A stretch of DNA of 64,000 bases from Thalia democratica. Its lineage: Eukaryota. This document shows positions 23,312-35,600 of this stretch, piece after piece (within the stretch, counting starts at the first letter, position 1; every line of letters begins with the position of its first letter). The notes beneath the pieces were generated by a model, which saw nothing but the letters and a program-made list of their open reading frames with translations, did no database searches and had not been told where the DNA came from. Where the stretch lies: NCBI GenBank assembly GCA_965202585.1, contig OZ241830.1, forward strand, positions 21,204,001 to 21,268,000, in the 5' to 3' direction. The position numbers and the translations under genes are program-made.

Positions 23312-26300
23312 CTGTTATTTGTTTTTATTTATTTTAAAACTCTATAATAGTCCTTATTTCTTTTATTAAATCATAAATTAAAAAAAAATATTTTTGTTTT
23401 CAAATTTATTCGTTCAAATTTATTTCATCCCTTAAAACAAAGTTTTGAGTTTAATTTAACGAAATCATAGACTAAGGCTTTTGCTTTTTTTTTTTATTTA
23501 GTCAAGTGATTCCTATCAAAAAAAGCTGTGCACAGTAAATCGTAAAAAAAATTGCACACTAAGTTAACATTAGATTTCAATTATTAAAATTTATATTAAT
23601 CTCAATATTACTGGTCATATATAGTTTAACTAAAAACAAAAATATAGAATAATCCTTTTTAGACTTCTTTTTTTAACATGTTAATTTCTATGCACACTAT
23701 TTCGATTTTGAAAAATGTCTCTTCCAAAAAAAAAAAAAGTTTATTTTTAAGCTGCTTATCAAGTAAGTAAACAATTTTCGTACCACTTTTGTTTCCAGGT
23801 AACCAACAGTTATCACTATGTCCGTAAACATTACAATCTTCAGTGCATTGTGACGTAATAATACTTTTTTGAGTTTCTTCAAACTTCATGGGAGGACAAG
23901 ATGGGATTGGTTTGTATATGTGGCCTAAAAAAATGAGACAACTTTCAGTAAGATTGTCAATAAATTAAGCATAATATTTTTTTTAAATTGTATTGTATAA
24001 GTTGAACATACCGTTGTAAGGATTTGGACTTTTTATCAACAATTCATTGCAGCCGCTAAAGTTTAAGCAAGGGTTTCTGCTTAATGGGTTTGTGTTCTGT
24101 AAAATTATTAGAAATAATTTAAATTTTATTTTGCGTGGTTTTTTCTAACTATAAGAAATTTAGGGTATAAATCACTTATATTTTGTAAAGTATAGAAACA
24201 ATATAACACAGGCAGTTATTACTGAATACAAGTAGAAATATATATAGCATAAATTTATAAACTTAATAGCTGAAAGTTTTCATCGAAATAACTTTTAGGT
24301 TAAAAAATAATTGTTTGAAGAGTAGATGTGTTTAATTCGTGAGTTGATATCATTGAAAACTTTTATTAAACGAATATTAAATTTAAAAAAACGTTCACAT
24401 AAACTTAAATTTTCTTTTATAAACTTAAAGTTCTAAAAGAGTAGAAAAGCAATAAAAATGTTTCTGTGTCCTTCAACACATGTTCATGCAGTGAAACAAT
24501 TCTGAAAAAAAATAGAAATTTTTAAAACCTGGCTTGTAAAGTTCATTGGTGGTTGAATGTTGGTGTATAAATTCGATGTGTATTCATTATCACGTGACGT
24601 CATAAGTTTTTGTGACATCATATCTTTATTTTTCAAACTTTCTTTTTCTCTAAATAATCATTTTAAGTTTTAAAACAAACCAAAACTAGTTTAGTATCAA
24701 TAAAAAGTAACAAACCTTGGAAATGTTTCGGTTTTGTATGAGGAAATAGGTGACAATTGGTTTGATTCACTTATTTCCGTTTGTTGCATTATTTTTTCGT
24801 TATTGCAATTGTAAACATGAGTTGTTTCCTAAAAGTTTAATTAAAAAATTTTATAATATAATGACGCGTATAGTAACCTTTTTAACTTTATTGAAAAAAA
24901 TTAAATGTTTAAAATATGCATTAAGGAAATATAACTTTGTCATCTTAAGTAAGCTTAGGTATCGTTTTTTTTTGTCTTAAGTCTGAAAAGTAAAAGAATA
25001 TTTTTAAAACTTAATTAGAGTTAAAGGCATTTTACAACTAGTCAAACCTTCTTTCTTTGGTTTTTGATAACACAACCAATCATAAAAACAAGAACAAGTA
25101 CAATAAGCAGTATTACGATCACCAAAATTAAATTCATTGTGTAATCGCCAACTTTCACATTTGAAGTATTTGTGTTAGCGTGTTTTATATTAACGTTTAA
25201 AACTATTATTGCTTCTTCTAAGTGACCTTTAGTATCAGTACTTGATGCCTATAAGCATAAACCGTTATAATATTTTAAACAACGATTTAAGAAATTTTAT
25301 ATGCATATGGTGATACGTAATTCGTAACTATTTATTATTTATATTAAAGGTCAAATTACTTAATGATATGTTGATTGAAAACTATAAAAAGTTAACTAGT
25401 ATATTTCTAACCTTCACCACAAGCCTATGCATTCCAACGAAAGTGTCGAGATTATTTTTATTGTGATTTATTTTCAGTTCATTATTATTTATAATCACAA
25501 AACAAGGTGAAAGATCCGGTTTATCGTCCAAACTTAAAACTTCAAAAATTGTTCTTTTATTCCAAACTTTATTGACCTGTTTACAAAACATAATAAGTAA
25601 ACTCTTAATTAAATTTTTTCGAAAAACGTAAACAAACTGTTAGTGTTAAATTCTTTTTATTATTTACCAGTATAATTTTCCAAGTTAAACATAACAAATA
25701 TCTTTTTGACTATATCTATTTTTAAACTCATATTATTACAAAACAAAATTTATTATCTTATTATTATTATTGTTAGTAAACGTTTTAAAACCTCAAACGC
25801 AATTATGACTTGTTGACTATCTATTGACGTGTTTACAGTTGAGAAGTTTTGTGAAGGCGACTTAAACATCAGTTTGTTTTCAACATTTGTTTTGTTTATT
25901 GTAACTTTTACTATTGTGTTTGATTTTAACGGTTCTGGACTTCCAAAATCCGAGGCAGTAACATTTATCTGAAATTTTTTTTCAAAATATTAGTTAGTAT
26001 TGTTTATATTTTTCGCATTTTACATTAATGATTATTAATAATGTTTGAACTAAATAACTGTAGAATTGATAACAGGCAAAATTTTAATATCAAAAATGTT
26101 ACAATTCTTATAATACCTGCCTTCTAAAATCTTGTTAAAACTACTACAAAGTTAATGCATTTAAGAATGGAGTTGTTTCAAAATTCTCTTTGTAAGGTTT
26201 TATTAATGGATTAACTACAAAAAAAGCGCATTTGAGCTACGCAAGGTTGTTACAGAACTTTGCTCTGTAAAAGCTTTAAAATGTCATGACAAATTATAAT

Positions 26301-29300
26301 CCATTAATCATAATTTTCGTGAAAAACAAAGTTCTTTCGACATTCGAAAATATTTCGAGCTTGAACATAATTACGGAAAAAGTTTAGTGCGAATCTTTGT
26401 TTCTATGACAAAAAGCCTAGAGGCATCGAAATTTGAAGAAAACTGTATCTATTAAGTTACATTATTCAAATTGATAAAAAATAATAATATGTTAGCAAGT
26501 TTCGTTAAAAAAACGCTATTATACTTAAAAGTCAGTTAGATTTGCAAATTTCATACGTCAGTAATAAAAGCATTTTTTAATTTTTCTTTAAATTTTAGTT
26601 ACTAAAACTTTATTTTTTATTAATTTTTTATAAGTTCGGGTAAGGTGGATAAGAGATAAGGGTATAAATTTAAAAAAATAAAATCGAGCTTTGATAACAT
26701 TTTCTGGCTCAGCAAATATGCAAATCAGACAGACTTTTATGTAAGCTTTCCTTTAAAATGCTTATAGTAATAATACTACCAGGTTTTTCAACTAACCAAG
26801 TTTTAATATTTGATATAGTTCCAAGCTTATTAGGTTTGCTTAGTTTAAACAAAACCTATACTAATTCAGAAAACATAGAAATATAAAGTTGGCTTTGAAA
26901 ACGTAATTTACTCTAAAAATCAACTTACCATTAAATAATTTTCGTAATATTTATCAAGTTTTGTTCGTAATGATATTTTTCCTGTACTTTTGTTAATTTT
27001 AAAATATTTTTTTGACGTTTCATCAATATCGTAGTAAATAACTCCGTTTTTGGAGATTTCTACTTTTTGTGTGTCCTGTAATTTTTCAAAAAATAGTTCA
27101 AAAGTGTTCCAAAACTTTAGTTTAGCTTTAACTTATGATATTCTCAGTACTATTTGTTTTCAATAAACAACAAGCAGTTAAACAAGTTTAACTAATCGAT
27201 CACAGTCTACCTAAAATATTTATAAAGTTTATAAATAAATTTACGTCCTAAAATAACTTTTTTCAGTAGTTTCAAATTTTATTTAATATAGCAGGTTTTA
27301 TTTAATATAGCATAAAACACACACATACATGTAAATATTTATATATATAAACAAACAAAATCTTACATCATTAATAGAATACACCGGTTCATTTATCGCA
27401 TCGTAGTCTTTTGCATTGACACTTATAATTTTTTGTCCAACTGTAAAATTTTCATTGATAGTGGTTTGATATTCGTTTTTATCAAATATTGGAGAGTGTT
27501 CGTTTACGTCCAATACGTTTATTGTGTAGTTTTCTAGTGTACACCTGTAAAATATTCAAGTTTAAATATACCTTCAGTTTGAATTATAAATTATGTTTTT
27601 TATCGTTATTAAATACACTTGAACTAACAACGAAGGTACTCCATTATCGCAAGCTTGTATTTTTATTTTATAGCTATTTGCTGTTTCTCTATTTAGATTT
27701 TTCTTTAACACAAGTAGGCTTGTATCTTGATTGTACTCGAAGTATTTTGATTTTTCGTTTGTTTCTGCATGTTTTAAACATTTATAAACTTTTATAATTT
27801 CAATGGTTTTTAAAAATATTATCAACTTTGGTGTTGTAGCTATTGATTATTAAATCGACTAAAATCTTTTAGGTACTGTAAATGTACTCCTAAGTATATA
27901 TTTAAACTAAAATGTATGCTTAGAAATAAATAAGTATTTTAGGGTATTTGTGAATAAACAAACCTTTATCAAATATTTTTATATTTGTCATGGAATTTTG
28001 ACCATTATCTGCGTCAGTAGTAGTTATATACGCTATGACGTCTCCTAATAAACTATCTTCTTTTATAAATCCTGTTTTGTTAATTTAGTTTTTTAAATAA
28101 TTTTATAGAACACTTACTTGTTTTAAGTAGTTATATTAAAAGTCCTTTATTTAGTATTAAGTTTTCAAATTTTATCTTTGAAAATTATATGCTGCAAAAT
28201 CTGTAACTAAAGCTAGTCTAATATTGTTTTGATAGCAAACTTGCTTATTTATTTTGTCAAGAACATTCCAAATTGGAAAACTCAGGTGCTAATAAAAATT
28301 ATAAGTTGTAATATGAGTACTCAATTTAGTATATAAAAGCTTTATAATAAAACTAATTAGATGTTAGTATATAGGTATGGTCTTAAAATACTTATTTGTT
28401 ATGACTTTTCGCTGTCTTCAATTATTTACATACAAAAACACTAAAAAACCTTAATTGTTTTTAAAATAAATACAAGTTACAAAGTAAAACTTAACAATTT
28501 ATTTATTATCATCTACTAACGAAATAAGTTTTGAAAAAATAAATAAAGTAGATTATAAAAATAGTTAGATACATTCTAAAACTAAATAAACAACAAAGCT
28601 TATTATTTTTAATGACCAAAATCGTTAATTAAGTAAGCTCTAATCAACTTTGTTAATAAACCAGTTTTATTTAGATTAAAAAAAAAATTTTTTTCATTTG
28701 CAAATTGTTTACTGCACATGTTAATTTGCACAATTTAATACTGAATAAATTTCGTATGCTGTCATCCAAAAACACAAATAAAAATAAAAGTGTTTTGACA
28801 GAAAAGTTTGAAAAGTATACGGTTCAATAAGTAGCATTTTAGATTTTTCAAACAAATGCACTTATTTTCGTATCAATCTTTTCTACAATGTTTACTGCGC
28901 ATAAAAGCTTTTAAAACACTGTTACTTGATATTGTAAGGCGCTTAAAATATCTGTACAAAGTTCAAGTTGCGTCTATTGCCAGTTTACTGCATAATGTTT
29001 ATAAACACTAAAAAAAATTGTAAATAAAAAAGGTTTTTAATTTTGTCTACTGTGGAGCTTTAAAGGTTATAAAGTTTAGAAACTTATTAGTTTCAGACTA
29101 TATTATATAAACTAAGACATTTTTTCCGTAAACTTATTCAAAAATAGGTAGATAAACCATTAAAAAAAACATTAAAAACTATTTGAAATATTTGTTATTT
29201 ATAGAAGTGTTTAATATTGTTTAGTACAACATTTTTAATTATAAACTCACCTGTGTTTCTATCAAAACTATCAGAAGTTGTAAAGAAATCAACATCTAGA

Positions 29301-32124
29301 ACAGGTTTGTGATCATTTACATCTTCGATATTCAGAATCACTTTTGTTGTAGCATATTGGGGTTTTTTACCGTTATCACTTGCTTCAATTATAAATGTTA
29401 TACTGAAAAATATAAGTGAGAATTAGTTTTGTAGAGATAATCTATAAAGAACTTAAAAAAACAAAAAATATACAAAGGTTTTTTTGTACATACCCGTTAT
29501 GGAGTTGCCAGTTCAGTTTCTTTTTAATGATTACGTCACCACTTTCCCTATCAACCGATAACAAATCAGGATATGTAGATTTATCAACTCTAGGTGGCGC
29601 ATCCAATTGACCCACAATTTTGTAGTGAACCTGATTGTTGTCAAGACTACCATCTTTGTCCTTAGCAACCACAGTGGTAACCAACGACCCAATCGGGGAA
29701 TCTTCTGGAACTGAGATAACAGAGTTTTCAACATCAAACTCGGGTCTGCAGTCGTTTACGTCACTGATGTGAATTGTGACGTATGTTGATGACGTCATCG
29801 GAGAATTACCCTTATCAGTTGCAGTTAATTTCAATTGAATTATCGACTTGGTTTCGTGATCTGGTAGGAATAAACTGGTAAACTAAATTTACACAGTCAC
29901 TAATTTAAAACAGTCAAAGCAACTTAAAGAAGTAGTCTTATGAATACTTTTTTTAAAAAATAATTAATTAATGAAAATTGTAAAGAGCCTTACAATATTT
30001 TGTAAAAAAATAATAAAATTTGGAAGTTAAACCGTATTCCATTTAATTTTAAATATAATTTTAATAAGTATTTATTTTTTGTAAGATTTTAGTATAATCC
30101 TTAACAAACTAATAGTTTCACACAGGGTTTAAAATTTACTTTAAAAATTTAGCATTTATAATTTGTGAAGTTATACCAACCCAGTTTTCTTTTAGTTCTT
30201 AGTTCAAGATTTTGTCTTTTTGACAACAAAAATTGAGCATTAGCTGCATAAGGATCGTAAATTTCAAAATAGTCATTAATCTGCAGTTTGTATTCAACTA
30301 CGGCGTTCTTGTCTGAAAAATTTAAAACAACTATAAAAAAAATGGTATTTCTAAATAAAACTAAGCTTCTGAAGATACATTTTATATATATATAAAACTA
30401 AGTTATACAGTTTACAGTAAGTTTCTGTCAACTTTGTAACTGTAAAATAATCTTAAATTGTTTTTTCGTTAGCCATACGATTATACTATAGATGTCGAAA
30501 TGTTTATGTGTACTATAAACTTATCACAAAGTACCTACTTATAGTAGAAACTATAGAGTAGTTTTTTGATAACAAATTTAAAAGCGTGTAAACGAGTTTT
30601 TGTCAAAAATAGAAGTCAAAAGTGACTTTAACTGTCGGATGTTTTCAGTTGTCGTAAATTTTGACAAGAAAATCAAAAAATTCATTGATAAGAAAAATAT
30701 TTTGTTGTAAAAATAACACGTTTAAACCATATGGTGAACCATTGTTACTTGATCTGACATTTATAAAAGGTTTTAGATTTATCTTATCAAAAGTCTTGAC
30801 TATTTCAAGGATAGATTTACACGTGTTTTAAAATTGAATTAAAAAAGACACAGTTTTATATACTTTTTCTAACAATCTTTTATAAAATTAAGCTTTTGTT
30901 TAGTAAGTATAACTTAAACTCAAAAACACCTACAAAACCCAACCTAAAAACTTTTAGTTAAATATAAAATAACCGTTATATGAAAGCATTGTTAAGCATT
31001 TAAAATCAATAATGTTTTGTTTATACGATTTTTTTATAAGTGGAAGCGAGTTTGTTTCTTTTGTTAAATACTTTTACTTTTATTATTTTAGTCGCATAAA
31101 ATAAATAAACTTAACTTAAAAAAAATAACTTCAAAGCCTTTATACTCTGAAGCAATTTATTATCATTAATTATATATAGATATTTTTTTAAATATAACTT
31201 ACTACAGTCTGCATCGGATGCTTTATATTGATTAATGTTAAACAGAGATCCAACTTTTGAGTCTTCAGGAATTTCGACTGGAGTTAGATTAGATGCAAAC
31301 ACGGGGAAATTATTGTTGACGTCATCAACTTTAACTCTGACAATTTTGACGGCGCGAATGTTGTCGCTGTTCAAGTTTTTTGACAAACCTACCTGTTATG
31401 TGGTCAGAACGGTTTATTTGAACGTTTTTATTGTGTTTATACTTACGTTGATACTTTTTTTTTCAGAAGTCTTGTAATACCTTAGAATTTCAATTTATTC
31501 CAAAATATTTGATATTCAAGTTTGAACTGGTTATCATATATTTTATTTTAATTCAAGTTTATATGAGAAAATTAATTTACTTATTTTTTTATATCACTTA
31601 ACAAAAAAAATAAATACTAATTTTTTTGTTTAGTAGTAATAAATAAAAGATACTAACTAGTACATTAAGAATGCAATAACAGTTATCAGCACAGTCTGAT
31701 GTGAAATTGATGTTTCTATTTATTCTTATGTTTCCAGAATAAATATCAATTAAAAACAAGTCTTTAACTTCAATCTGATTATCTTGTTTTTGATTGTAAA
31801 CTTTTTTGATTGAGTAAAACCAAGTTTCATTATTTTTTGAGCTCGTAGCTGGCATGTACTGTAACTTTTCTGCTATTGTTGAGCCTAAAGTTTTAAAAAG
31901 CTCATTTGAACTATATAAAAAATCATAGAACTTACTTGATAAACAATATTTTGTCATAAGTATTTAAACGGTTTGTAAATAATATTTATTTTGAAGTTTA
32001 TATAATAAAACAAACCTATTTTGATATCTTCTTTTATGATGACATCAGGTATTTCAACAGATCTTGTTTGTTTACAAAAACTACTTGAAAACACAAACAA
32101 AAATAAAACTAAAGCTTTTATCAT
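22989..32124 (-). CDS. Protocadherin (delta-like, CM2 motif), complete: complement join(32016..32124,31658..31884,31203..31392,30181..30312,29494..29860,29251..29402,27964..28071,27629..27764,27367..27544,26929..27075,25792..25968,25412..25576,25048..25248,24716..24828,24529..24649,24012..24096,23784..23924,22989..23311); 3072 nt, 1023 aa
   Basis: Signal peptide MIKALVLFLFVFSS; EC1 Cys-X5-Cys; linkers DVNNNFP, DVNDCRP, DVNDHKP, DVNEHSP; TM LILVIVILLIVLVLVFMIGCVI; CTEDCNVYGHSDNCWLP matches the CM2 consensus CTxECxxxGHSDxCWMP. All 17 introns GT-AG and phase-compatible with no internal stop. Confidence 0.9.
23784..23924 (-). CDS. Left protocadherin exon 17 (CM2 motif)
   Basis: CTEDCNVYGHSDNCWLP. 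Confidence 0.92.
24012..24096 (-). CDS. Left protocadherin exon 16 (cytoplasmic)
   Basis: NTNPLSRNPC...PNPYN; TTACAG acceptor, GTATGT donor. Confidence 0.75.
24529..24649 (-). CDS. Left protocadherin exon 15 (cytoplasmic)
   Basis: EKESLKN...QPPMNFTSQ; phase fit. Confidence 0.7.
24716..24828 (-). CDS. Left protocadherin exon 14 (cytoplasmic)
   Basis: ETTHVYNCN...KTETFP; AG/GT ends and phase fit. Confidence 0.75.
25048..25248 (-). CDS. Left protocadherin exon 13 (TM)
   Basis: Hydrophobic helix followed by KNQRKK. Confidence 0.9.
25412..25576 (-). CDS. Left protocadherin exon 12 (EC6, degenerate)
   Basis: Open frame with phase 0 at both ends; GMHRLVVK strand. Confidence 0.78.
25792..25968 (-). 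CDS. Left protocadherin exon 11 (EC5/EC6)
   Basis: INVTASDFGSPEPL...VKVTI; donor less certain. Confidence 0.82.
26929..27075 (-). CDS. Left protocadherin exon 10 (EC5)
   Basis: YFKINKSTGKISLRTKLD, then GTAAGT. Confidence 0.88.
27367..27544 (-). CDS. Left protocadherin exon 9 (EC4/EC5)
   Basis: VLDVNEHSPIF...INENFTVG...AKDYD. Confidence 0.92.
27629..27764 (-). CDS. Left protocadherin exon 8 (EC4)
   Basis: LLVLKKNLNRET...IQACDNGVPS; acceptor CATGCAG chosen by phase. Confidence 0.85.
27964..28071 (-). CDS. Left protocadherin exon 7 (EC4)
   Basis: FIKEDSLLGDVIAYITTTDADNGQNS. Confidence 0.88.
29251..29402 (-). CDS. Left protocadherin exon 6 (EC3/EC4)
   Basis: IEASDNGKKPQ...IEDVNDHKP. Confidence 0.92.
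29494..29860 (-). CDS. Left protocadherin exon 5 (EC2/EC3)
   Basis: DHET...ATDKGNSP...ISDVNDCRPEF...VPEDSPIGS. Confidence 0.95.
30181..30312 (-). CDS. Left protocadherin exon 4 (EC2)
   Basis: KNAVVEYKLQINDYFEI...LELRTKRKL. Confidence 0.88.
31203..31392 (-). CDS. Left protocadherin exon 3 (EC1/EC2)
   Basis: VKVDDVNNNFPVF...EIPEDSKVGS...ASDADC. Confidence 0.92.
31658..31884 (-). CDS. Left protocadherin exon 2 (EC1)
   Basis: STIAEK...LFLIDIYSGNIRI...CADNCYCILNVL; 227 nt as in paralog. Confidence 0.88.
32016..32124 (-). CDS. Left protocadherin exon 1 (signal peptide)
   Basis: MIKALVLFLFVFSSSFCKQTRSVEIPDVIIKEDIKI; 109 nt as in paralog. Confidence 0.88.
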
Positions 32125-32384
32125 TTTAAAATCTGAATAATGTAAAAATGTTTAAAAGTACGAATAAATATTTTTAAAACAAATTTCACAGTTGTATAAA
32201 TAACTTAATCATGTTTTATAAATAAATTTGACTCTAACATAGTAAATATGTGCAACCAGTATTTAATTAAAGGATTTGAAAAACAGTAATTATCAATTAA
32301 GTAGTTCGCTTAAAGACTAGATATAAAAAGTAGCGTACTTAAAGTAACATGGTGATAGATTTAAAATAGTTTCAATCAATTTAT

Positions 32385-32645
32385 CACTGAATCAAAGTAC
32401 TTTGCAAAGCTCAAACGCGTGTCATTTCACTTTTTTCAATACTTACATCAAACACACAAAAGTTTATAAGCCAAGTCAGGTGGGTATAAAGACAAAAGTA
32501 TTACAACTTATTACAACGTCACTCATAAACGTAATTATCTTCACTTTTGGCGCACTTTTAACATGTTCTTTGGTAATTGCACAAAATACACGTCTATTAC
32601 ACAAAATGACATTTGAAATTACATCCGCTGCAACTTTGAAGCCGG
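32385..32645 (-). promoter_or_regulatory. Conserved upstream block (P-block) 5' of left protocadherin ATG exon
   Basis: Highly similar to 59830-60105; contains GCGGATGT (ETS-like) and ATGAGTGACGT (CRE/AP-1-like). The regulatory role is inferred; it could be a repeat. Confidence 0.45.
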
Positions 32646-35600
32646 TTTGGTTGCATTAAAAACCAATTTTGTCAGGAGTTATTATGTGTGTAATCGAGTT
32701 TTAAATGTTTTTTTTTATTTAAAAAAAGTTTTGCTCATTTAAAATAACCTTAGTTTTTTATTCTTTGTTTCACTTTTGTTGTTTTACTTATTTTTTCTCT
32801 CCACATGCACTATTGTTTACTAGCTTTCTTTTAATCGTGGAAAAGAATTTGCTCAGAGTGTGGAAAAGAATATTAATTATGTATGATTGTTGAATGCTTT
32901 TCTAAAAAATAAGTTTTGGAAACGATAATATTATATTCAGAAACGTTAAAAACCATATTTTAAACATAAGTAGTAGTTTTGAAATATTTTAGTACAATTA
33001 ACACTAATTTAAAAAGCATTTAGTTTAAAATTAACTCGTAACAAGTTTAAACACAAAAGTTTTAGCTATAAATATCAAAAACAGACCTTTATCATGACTA
33101 TTTATAGTAAATTTACAAACGTTTAGTCAACATAGAACTTTGTGATATGGTTAAGACTTTAAGTAAAGAGTATAGTTATTTTGAGTTTTTTAAATGTATT
33201 GAAATTTGTATTTATACTCAAAGCATCATCTACTAGGTACAGTTAATGTAATTATAAATAAGATAAATGTACTGAACACTTAAAAATATATTTTTTTTTT
33301 CAAAATAGTTTTAACTAAACAGAATATAAAGTTTAAACAATACTTTAAAATTAAAATTAAAAAATAAAAATTCTGCATTCTTATATTAAAGTATCTTAAT
33401 TTAAATACCTAAATAAAAAAAAGGTTTGTTTTATTTAACACTGTTACAGTTAAAGATGAAACTTTAAAGTATAAATCATATGATAGTCATAAAACAAAAG
33501 CAATTTGTTTTTAAAGTCTAAACTATCACAAGACAATAGTAGTAAAACAAAAAATAGCTAAAACAAAATTAAATTAAGTTTAAGCACAACACACACCTTA
33601 TTGTGTTTAGCGTAAAAACAAATTGAAAATTTATTTATGAGAGAAAAGATAATTTTGAGAAAAAATACAAACCGGTTTTTTAATGAGAGAAAAACTTTGA
33701 GTTTGTATTTTGAGTTTTGTTGCAGCAAATTCTATGTAAAGATATTTTTCAAACGCATTTAAAATAATTTTAAAGTTTATAAAGTTTTTTATTGTTTCTA
33801 TATTTCAAAACAGTAAAAAAAAATTCGAAAATTGCTGAACAGTTTGGAAATAAATTTTATAAAAATCATATAACTGGTCTTACAATTTAAAACAGTTTAA
33901 AGTCACAGTACCTTCTCATTATAGAATAATAAAGCTAATAATTTTTTTTAATAATTGACATAAAAATATGAAGTTGTTTAAACAATTTAAAAATTACTTT
34001 AGCTTTCTAAAAAGGCTTTGAAAAAAATCATAAACGAATATTTTTATATGTTTGGGCTTTAAGAAAACAAATAAAGAGATCTAAACTAAAATTTATATTT
34101 ATAAAATATTTAAACACTAATGAATTTATTCTTTCAAACTATTTTTCAAGAATTCCCAAATCAAATTGTTTGTGTTGTTTTTTGATTTTGAAACTTAACT
34201 AAAATTTATATTTTACCATAAATTCAATGGTTTTAAGTAAAAAATTTGGTTTTAACTAAAAGTTTTTATAAAAAGCATTCGGTAAGGATTTTAAATTTTC
34301 ATAGCTATTACAACTACAAGATTGTTTAAATTTTCAATAGTTAAGTTTAAATTAGAATAAAGCTACGTTAAAATTCATCTCAACTTTAAGCTCACTTAGT
34401 ACTATTAGCTACATTTTTACTTAAGCAATGTTTACTTTGAAAATTAACTATAAGAAAAAACAAAGCTTAATACAGCTTTTATTATCACTATTCTTGTTGT
34501 TATATTGATTTTAAAATTTAACTAAAATTTAAACTTTACTATAAATTCAATCTTGATATTAAAATTTAAATTGTTTAGTTTTTAAGTAAAAATTTTCAGT
34601 AAACATTTGTTTTTATTTTATTGTTTAAATGCTATCTTCCATGCCTGTTACATATCTTTATAGATTTATCTAAGCACTGACGAGGTATTTGACCGAAACT
34701 TAGTTTGTAAAATAGTTCTTGAAAGAATAAATTAATTAACGATTATTTGATTGAAAACTTATTGAAAACTACGTAATATTTGCACTAAACTCAAAATTGT
34801 TTAAAAACTAAACATTTAACTTTAAATCTTTTTTTTTTAATAATTTTTAAATCTTTATAAAGTAGTTCATCTACATCTCTAGCTTTAATTAAATTTTAAA
34901 ACATATAACTCTACTAAAGTTTTAATGTATTTAAAGTACTATAAATTAATTTTCGAACATTATTCTTTTTGTTTAAATAAGTATGTTTTAAGAATATTTA
35001 CAGTTTACCAATTTATCTTGTTGATTTATTAATCTGGTTGACAAGTTTACGCAAAAAAAAAACATACACATAACAAAGTTTATGTTTTTATTTATACATA
35101 CTAAAACATCTATGTATTAATAGACTTTATCATTATTTTTGTCAATTTTAATTTATTTGAACTGCATTTTAGATAAAGGTGATCTTAAGTAAAACTATAT
35201 CGTTGCTTCATATTAAAATTTGTTGACTTTCCCACAAAAACAAAAACCAAATCCTTGTACTTGTATATTTTCGCTATAAAATATCACTATAAAACTTATT
35301 TGTTTTGTTTGTCTTTCTCAAGAAACAATAAAAAACACTTCTTTTAAACGATATTAAACGTATATTTACTTCATAAAAAATATATCTAGTTTTAGTTTTT
35401 AAACTAGTATTACAAATATACACTAAATAAAACTTAAAACTTTTTTAAGAATTTCCCATACAATACTAAAAGTTGAATCGTATGCATTATACTTTATTTA
35501 AGATATATAATGTTACTTAAAACTTGTCTACTTTTAATGGATTTTCCCACCTAGACGAGTAAAACGCTATATTTTAATCGATACCACGAAGATAAGGTTA

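Noticed and set aside
24484-24528. Apparent acceptor at 24502-24503 giving a short NCFTA* terminal exon
   Set aside because: The intron would be 27 nt, too short. Read-through could give a CM2-less isoform, but the sequence alone does not support it.
26300-26460. About 50-codon open stretch in protocadherin intron 10 (FDIRKYFELEHNYGK)
   Set aside because: Short, no start or splice support, no motif I can assign.
27827-27858. Possible extra protocadherin micro-exon (VDLIINSYNTK)
   Set aside because: It breaks phase with the next exon; direct splicing of exon 7 to 27764 gives a clean cadherin repeat.
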